Shown: in pieces, positions 58,796-64,000 of the stretch | How positions within the stretch are numbered: position 1 is the first letter of the stretch | How the letters are laid out: each line of letters begins with the position of its first letter | Origin: Thermodesulfovibrionales bacterium | GTDB lineage: Bacteria; Nitrospirota; Thermodesulfovibrionia; Thermodesulfovibrionales; UBA6898 | Assembly: GCA_044450345.1 (NCBI GenBank) | Contig: JBIOIY010000004.1 | Span: forward strand, 82,534 to 146,533 | DNA length: 64,000 bases | Reading direction: 5' to 3' | Notes under the pieces: generated by a model | Told to the model about the DNA's origin: nothing | What the model saw: the letters and a program-made list of their open reading frames with translations, nothing else | Databases searched by the model: none | Position numbers and translations under genes: made by a program

Positions 58796-58816
58796 TAAAT
58801 TTATTTAGAGAAAAAC

Positions 58817-58846
58817 AAAAAAGGCCCTCCGGAAAGAGGGCCTTTT
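58817..58846. terminator. Bidirectional intrinsic terminator
   Basis: AAAAAAGGCCCTC-CGGAAA-GAGGGCCTTTT between convergent genes. Confidence 0.9.
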
Positions 58847-58878
58847 CATTTCATAATATAGTTCAGGACGTGTTAATC

Positions 58879-59895
58879 CTATCTTCCTTCCCGCCCAGGA
58901 AAAAATTGCTCGATCTTCTTCGCGATATATACTTCATAGGCAACTACAAATTCGACATTCATGGGACAGGCCCTTCTCACTTCCACCCGGATATTCGGGT
59001 CCTGGGGTTGGGATGTTGCCACTACAAGGATATCGCTTCCCTTTGTCTCCACAGGGATTACTTCCCACTTTTTCACCACCTCTTCGGGCAGGATTGTGGC
59101 GATGTCAGCGGTTATCTCCACCTCTGAAAGGTCGATCCAGGGGCAACTAAACTGCGTCGCCAGCGCTATGCAGATGTCGCTCGGGGTCAGGAATTTAAGC
59201 TCTACCAGGATCTGTCCCAGCTTCTTCTTTTTCTGTTCATGCTGGACGTTAAGCGCGATGTCAAGTTGTCCGGCCGTAATATATCCTGCCTCCAGAAGTA
59301 TCTGCCCCAGCATCTTCGGGCTTTTCTTTTGCTTCTCGATAGATTCATTCAGTTGATGGTCGGTTATGATGTTCTGTTCCTTCAGTATCGTTCCTATTTT
59401 TTTCTCCCTCATCTCCTTCTGCCTCTGCAGGGCCGCATCGAGCTGCTCCTCGGTAATCTTCTTGTGGTCGATCAGGACCTTTCCGAAAAGCTTAAGGGTT
59501 TCGACGTGCTTTACGGCATGGGCATTGATGAAAATCCGCACGCTCTTATCAGCGGGATTGATGGGGACGATAAAGAACCCTGTATCGTTGGGGTTATACT
59601 TATTCGTAGACCCATGGACGATGGTACCGTCCGTGAATTCAACAATCAGTCTCATTGCCAGGGCTCCCGCAAAAACGGACTGGTCTATAGTCTCCGTGCG
59701 AAGATTAGAGCCCCCCGGCTCCTCTTTTTTGAGAAAAAGGACCTCCTTGACCGAATTTATCCTTTCAGTGGAAGTCAAGGTCTTCCCATCTTTGTCTTCA
59801 ACCTGAAGGTGAAAGGCCGGCTGATTGATATTAAAGGCGAGGACATTGCCTGTCTTTTCTTTCCCGTCTAAATACTTTACGATGACCTTAGCCAT
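58879..59895 (-). CDS. MshEN/T2SSE_N-domain protein lacking an ATPase domain
   Basis: Four (L/I/F)G-x2-L-x5-(I/L)T motif copies and a C-terminal PilB-N-like region; no Walker A. Confidence 0.8.
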   Translation of the reverse strand: MAKVIVKYLDGKEKTGNVLAFNINQPAFHLQVEDKDGKTLTSTERINSVKEVLFLKKEEPGGSNLRTETIDQSVFAGALAMRLIVEFTDGTIVHGSTNKYNPNDTGFFIVPINPADKSVRIFINAHAVKHVETLKLFGKVLIDHKKITEEQLDAALQRQKEMREKKIGTILKEQNIITDHQLNESIEKQKKSPKMLGQILLEAGYITAGQLDIALNVQHEQKKKKLGQILVELKFLTPSDICIALATQFSCPWIDLSEVEITADIATILPEEVVKKWEVIPVETKGSDILVVATSQPQDPNIRVEVRRACPMNVEFVVAYEVYIAKKIEQFFPGREGR

Positions 59896-60096
59896 AGGTG
59901 AAGTACATTATAGCAGAGAATGGGGCGGTATTTAAACTCATCGTTTGCAAATTGCCGGCGGTCATAATCAGGCATTGAAGCCTCAACCCTACTTGTATTT
60001 ATCTGGAATATCCTGCTATCTTATAGGGATTTTTTCCCGGGAATTGTGAAAAAGGCGCTCTCTTCGGGGGCCGAATTCAATAGAGAAGGAGGCAGT

Positions 60097-60789
60097 ATGC
60101 GGTTGACGAAGGTTATCATCGGAGTATTTTTATCGGTTTTGCTCGTAGGTTTTGTCTATGCCGGCCTGGGGCAGGGAGATGAATCATTAACAAAGCTCCT
60201 TGACGGAAACAAGAGGTTTGTATCTGGTGAGCTTGCGAAGAAGGACATCGGGGAAAGCAGGAGGCAGGAGCTCACAAAGGGACAGAGTCCGTTTGCGACC
60301 GTCCTTTCCTGTTCTGATTCGAGGGTGGCACCGGAGCTTATCTTCGACCAGGGGCTCGGGGATATCTTTATAGTGAGGGTGGCCGGCAACGTTGTTGAGA
60401 AGACAACTCTTGGAAGTATCGAATACGGGGTTGAGCACCTCCAGACACCGCTTCTCATCATTCTGGGGCATGAATCATGCGGCGCGGTAAAGGCTACGCT
60501 CGAAGCAAAGGGCAAGCCTGAAGGGAACATAGGCGCAATACTTAAAAAGATAATGCCTGCGGTCAACACTGCCAAAAAGGCGAAGAAAGATCCGAAGGAT
60601 ACGCTGGATATCGCCGTGCAGGAGAATGTGAAGAATACATACAAGGACGTCATGAAGAGCAAGATCGTAAGCGAACTCGTCCATGAAGGGAAGCTCAAGG
60701 TCGTTGCAGCCGAATATTATCTGGGGACCGGCAAGGTCGAGATGATAGACCCCGCTTCTTCACACGAAGGCCATAAAGGGCATCATTGA
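60097..60789 (+). CDS. Exported beta-class carbonic anhydrase
   Basis: Signal peptide, CSDSRV, RVAGN, HESCGAV; AAGGAGG RBS. Confidence 0.93.
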   Translation: MRLTKVIIGVFLSVLLVGFVYAGLGQGDESLTKLLDGNKRFVSGELAKKDIGESRRQELTKGQSPFATVLSCSDSRVAPELIFDQGLGDIFIVRVAGNVVEKTTLGSIEYGVEHLQTPLLIILGHESCGAVKATLEAKGKPEGNIGAILKKIMPAVNTAKKAKKDPKDTLDIAVQENVKNTYKDVMKSKIVSELVHEGKLKVVAAEYYLGTGKVEMIDPASSHEGHKGHH

Positions 60790-61276
60790 TATTTAACGTT
60801 ACGAATGGAAGTCCGGAAGCACGGAAGGGAGAATATTTTCTCTCTTCCGCGCTTTTGTGTTTTGGGTTGTATTCTCGCCGGCGATGCGGACATCTATTCC
60901 GGACCATTGCGGACAGTTCTTGATTTCCGCCCTCATTCACGTCTGATTTCATCAGAAGGAATTACTCCGACAAAGTTCTCGCTGTGGGCTTCACCACTAA
61001 TAAACAGGTCTGGAGAGTTGCAACTCTTGAAGTTTTCCGCTAATAACTTTCTCGTCAATGATGCCGAATCAGTGACATATTGAAAGACTCAAGAAAACTG
61101 ATATGATGTTAATGAGTAAGTCCTCGGACATTCGAAAATTAACGGCAAAAGAGGGAGAGGACAGTAGGAAGGCTTGCGCAACCCGGGAACAGCAGGGAAA
61201 GAGTGTTAAGCATATAGGGCTAAGCTAAACCAGCCCTCACATCGAAATTTATCCGACGTGAAAAAGGAGGTGTGAT

Positions 61277-63430
61277 ATGACGAAGAAAGTGACAGACAGG
61301 GCGTCTTTATTTACAGGACTTTTTGCAGCATTCTTATTTACGGTATCAGCTGTTGGAGTCGCTTTCGCGCAGCCGCTTGCGTACCAGAATGAAACTCTGA
61401 CTTCCATTGCCAAGGGGGTGGACAGCACGCTCCGTCCGACAGCTCAACGGCTCTCTATCAAGAACGACACTGATTACAACAGCTTCTTCGGTGGCTCGCC
61501 GCCCGCTTCGCCGACGGTGAACTTTGCCACTGAAGACGTGATCGCGGTGACGATGGGCAACCAGCCCACCGGCTCCTCGATAGACATCACGCGGGTCGAA
61601 GTCAGGACGACCGGATTCACCGCCGGCGCGGGCTACGTCCACGTTGCTCAGGTCACAGGCACGTCGAATGACACCGGGACGCAGCCTTATGCGGTTGTCA
61701 AAGTCCCGAAGGGCGCGCTCGCCTACTTGTTCGTGAATGACATTGCGATCACTCCCTATAGCGGACCGACTCCTTTCAACAAGATCGTCTACACGACGAG
61801 CGGCGGTGTGGCTCCGTACACCGATTCGATCACGATCGATTCCACGGGTAAAGTTACCGTCAACCGGAGCATCGGCTCGACTGGAGGGACGACCTACTCC
61901 GGAACGCTCACGCCATCCCAGATCCAGGACCTGAATACGGCGTTTTTTAACGCGAACGTGGCCTCCTTACCGGTCTCGATCAGTAGTACGCCTCTCCCGG
62001 TGGTGCTACCGGCTGAGATCGTCGAAAGCGGATTGGTCAATGGAGAAGTCCACATGACCACGGTCCAGCAGGCTGGTCTCTACGGGGACTTCGGCCAGGT
62101 GAAGGCGCTTATCGATGCGATGCGCGGGCCTGCTGAGCAAGCCGTGAGGGGCACCCAGACCCAAGGCTTCACGATCGATGGCACGGTGGCGCTGACCGGA
62201 ACGACGCTCAATGTCGGCGGGCACATCATTGCCCCGACGGATCCCTTCTACAATCTGATCGCGAGTATGACCGGCAAGAGCGTCGAATTCGAGTCGCCCG
62301 GCGGGGATACGACCACGCCGGTCATGAGCGTGGAGGGGAAGCTGACGGCAGGCGCCTCCCTGCTTTCGTTCCCGAACACGGGCGCGAGCGTGATCTCCTC
62401 GCTGCTGGCCGGGAGTCAAGTGACGGTTACGGACTTCACCCTGTTGGGGACCTATGTGGAGGTGAGATCTCCTGACGGCCAGAGGGGCTATGTCCCTAAA
62501 AGTTTGGTAGACGTCCAAATCCAAACTCCTGCCAATACTTTCAGTGTTAGTTATCTTGACGGCCTGGAGTTTACTACGCCGACTGCGCTCGCTGTAAGGG
62601 ACACGTTTGAAGTTACAAACTTACAAATTAACTCGAATACTCCTATACTTCCTAGCTCTGCGCCGAACCTTACTATTAACTATAACAACGAGTGCTGGCA
62701 CATGAACAACCCCTATTTCTGTCCTCCGGGCGTTCCGCTTGGAAGCAACACTATAGGTTATAACTCCATAGGCTGGGTCCTCTACCCGGACGGAAAGGGA
62801 GGGACAATCGCTGTTGATCCTTCTACACTCATAGCTTATCAGACGATATTTCCGGGAACCCTGGGAGTGTGGAACTCGGCGATGAATGCCCATAATCAAA
62901 TTGCCTCTCAGCAGACCACTTATGACCAGGTTTCTTTTCCGAATGTTCTGTTTTACAATACGGGCCAAAATCAGAATATTACCATCTCGGGCCTTTCATT
63001 TGATGATAATGCGCTCTACAATCAATATCCTGGGACAAACCCATCAAGATGGCTAACGTTGTCGCTCTCGCCCCCCAGCCATACAATAAACACTCCTCAG
63101 ATACCCTATGCGATAATAACGAACTATACACCCACCTGTGACGAATCATTTGTATCCATCACGCCGGGGTATCCGACTTATGGTCGTGCCCGAAATATCT
63201 CTTTCAACGGCGGCCTTTATGAGGCTGACTTGCCTGTTGTAACCTTGCCTGATGGCTCACGCGGATTAAGTGTTCTAGCGATACGGCGGGGAAGCAGCTG
63301 TCCCAATACCGGAAACTCCTATACTCAGGCAGGGGTATTGACTTTGAACAAGGTGAATATTAATGGAACAGACCACTCGGTTCAGCTTCAACGTACGGGG
63401 TCCACTATTCAAATTCTGAGTGTTCACTGA
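61277..63430 (+). CDS. Secreted multidomain protein (PrcB-C-like, SH3-like, unknown C-terminus)
   Basis: AAGGAGG RBS, signal peptide AFA|, VNF..EDVIAVTMG..PTG, YVEVRSPDGQRGYV. Confidence 0.7.
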   Translation: MTKKVTDRASLFTGLFAAFLFTVSAVGVAFAQPLAYQNETLTSIAKGVDSTLRPTAQRLSIKNDTDYNSFFGGSPPASPTVNFATEDVIAVTMGNQPTGSSIDITRVEVRTTGFTAGAGYVHVAQVTGTSNDTGTQPYAVVKVPKGALAYLFVNDIAITPYSGPTPFNKIVYTTSGGVAPYTDSITIDSTGKVTVNRSIGSTGGTTYSGTLTPSQIQDLNTAFFNANVASLPVSISSTPLPVVLPAEIVESGLVNGEVHMTTVQQAGLYGDFGQVKALIDAMRGPAEQAVRGTQTQGFTIDGTVALTGTTLNVGGHIIAPTDPFYNLIASMTGKSVEFESPGGDTTTPVMSVEGKLTAGASLLSFPNTGASVISSLLAGSQVTVTDFTLLGTYVEVRSPDGQRGYVPKSLVDVQIQTPANTFSVSYLDGLEFTTPTALAVRDTFEVTNLQINSNTPILPSSAPNLTINYNNECWHMNNPYFCPPGVPLGSNTIGYNSIGWVLYPDGKGGTIAVDPSTLIAYQTIFPGTLGVWNSAMNAHNQIASQQTTYDQVSFPNVLFYNTGQNQNITISGLSFDDNALYNQYPGTNPSRWLTLSLSPPSHTINTPQIPYAIITNYTPTCDESFVSITPGYPTYGRARNISFNGGLYEADLPVVTLPDGSRGLSVLAIRRGSSCPNTGNSYTQAGVLTLNKVNINGTDHSVQLQRTGSTIQILSVH

Positions 63431-63649
63431 CGTGTGACCCTGCGTGAGTGTTTCCGATTGAACACCACACGATAGGCACAAAACTGATGGGTTCAGTTAC
63501 AGGAAGAAAAGTTGCGAAGGCATTCCAATGACAAGTTCTCCGCTTGTTATTCGACTATTGTATTCACACTGGAGTGTTAGCAGTGAGTACTCTTTATGTT
63601 TAGGCTTAATGTTAGGTCTGATATACTATGAGAAATTGAAGTATGCGAC

Positions 63650-64000
63650 ATGAATACTGACGATCCATATGACCTGAATCGGTTTCTGAGCGCTCAGGAA
63701 GGCGTATATGAAAGAGCGCTCGCAGAGCTTAAGGGCGGTCAGAAGCGGACTCACTGGATATGGTATATATTTCCTCAGATCGATGGATTGGGATACAGTC
63801 CGACGGCGAAGCGTTACTCCATCAAGAGCATAGAAGAGGCGCAGCAGTACCTTAAGCATCCTGTTCTAGGAAAAAGACTGTTGGAATGTACGGAAGCGGT
63901 GATTGCTCTTAAGGGCGGATCCCTTTCAGAAATCTTCGGTTATCCCGATGATCTGAAGTTTAAGTCATCGATGACGCTGTTTGAAAAGATAGCAGGCCCA
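63650..64000 (+). CDS. DUF1810-family protein, truncated by the window end
   Basis: Manual translation MNTDDPYDLNRFLSAQ..K.THWIWYIFPQI.GLG.S..YL.HPVLG.RL. Confidence 0.88.
   Translation, partial: MNTDDPYDLNRFLSAQEGVYERALAELKGGQKRTHWIWYIFPQIDGLGYSPTAKRYSIKSIEEAQQYLKHPVLGKRLLECTEAVIALKGGSLSEIFGYPDDLKFKSSMTLFEKIAGP

Noticed and set aside
60805..61083. 92-aa ORF after the carbonic anhydrase
   Set aside because: No RBS, atypical composition and no motif; probably non-coding
61100..61270. Riboswitch upstream of the secreted protein
   Set aside because: GGCAAA is present but the rest of a GEMM core is not; only one imperfect hairpin near the RBS

Overview
Mostly core chromosome of a moderately GC-rich bacterium. 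Gene content and style suggest Nitrospirota or a deltaproteobacteria-like anaerobe; this is an inference. Housekeeping blocks: DinG helicase, cobA-hemD, lipid-modification genes, bioA, dnaE-accA-uvrC, ftsEX-envC-ctpA, lepA-lepB, rib genes-nusB, purB-purL, rnfCDGEAB and a carbonic anhydrase. Accessory parts: (1) a PhcB-like methyltransferase plus PhcS-like sensor kinase behind a riboswitch-like attenuator, a candidate c-di-GMP-gated quorum-sensing module; (2) a sigma54-type pilY1-fimU-pilV-pilW-pilX cluster; (3) an intact IS607/TnpB element sitting exactly between a ribosome-binding site and its start codon; (4) a mosaic secreted protein. The most pervasive unexplained signal is a set of tiny palindromes and 7-8-nt tandem arrays lying in frame inside housekeeping genes (cobA-hemD, the ArnT-like gene, bioA, and five sites in purL), sometimes nested within each other. 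No rRNA, tRNA or CRISPR array was seen. All assignments come from motif reading, without database searches.
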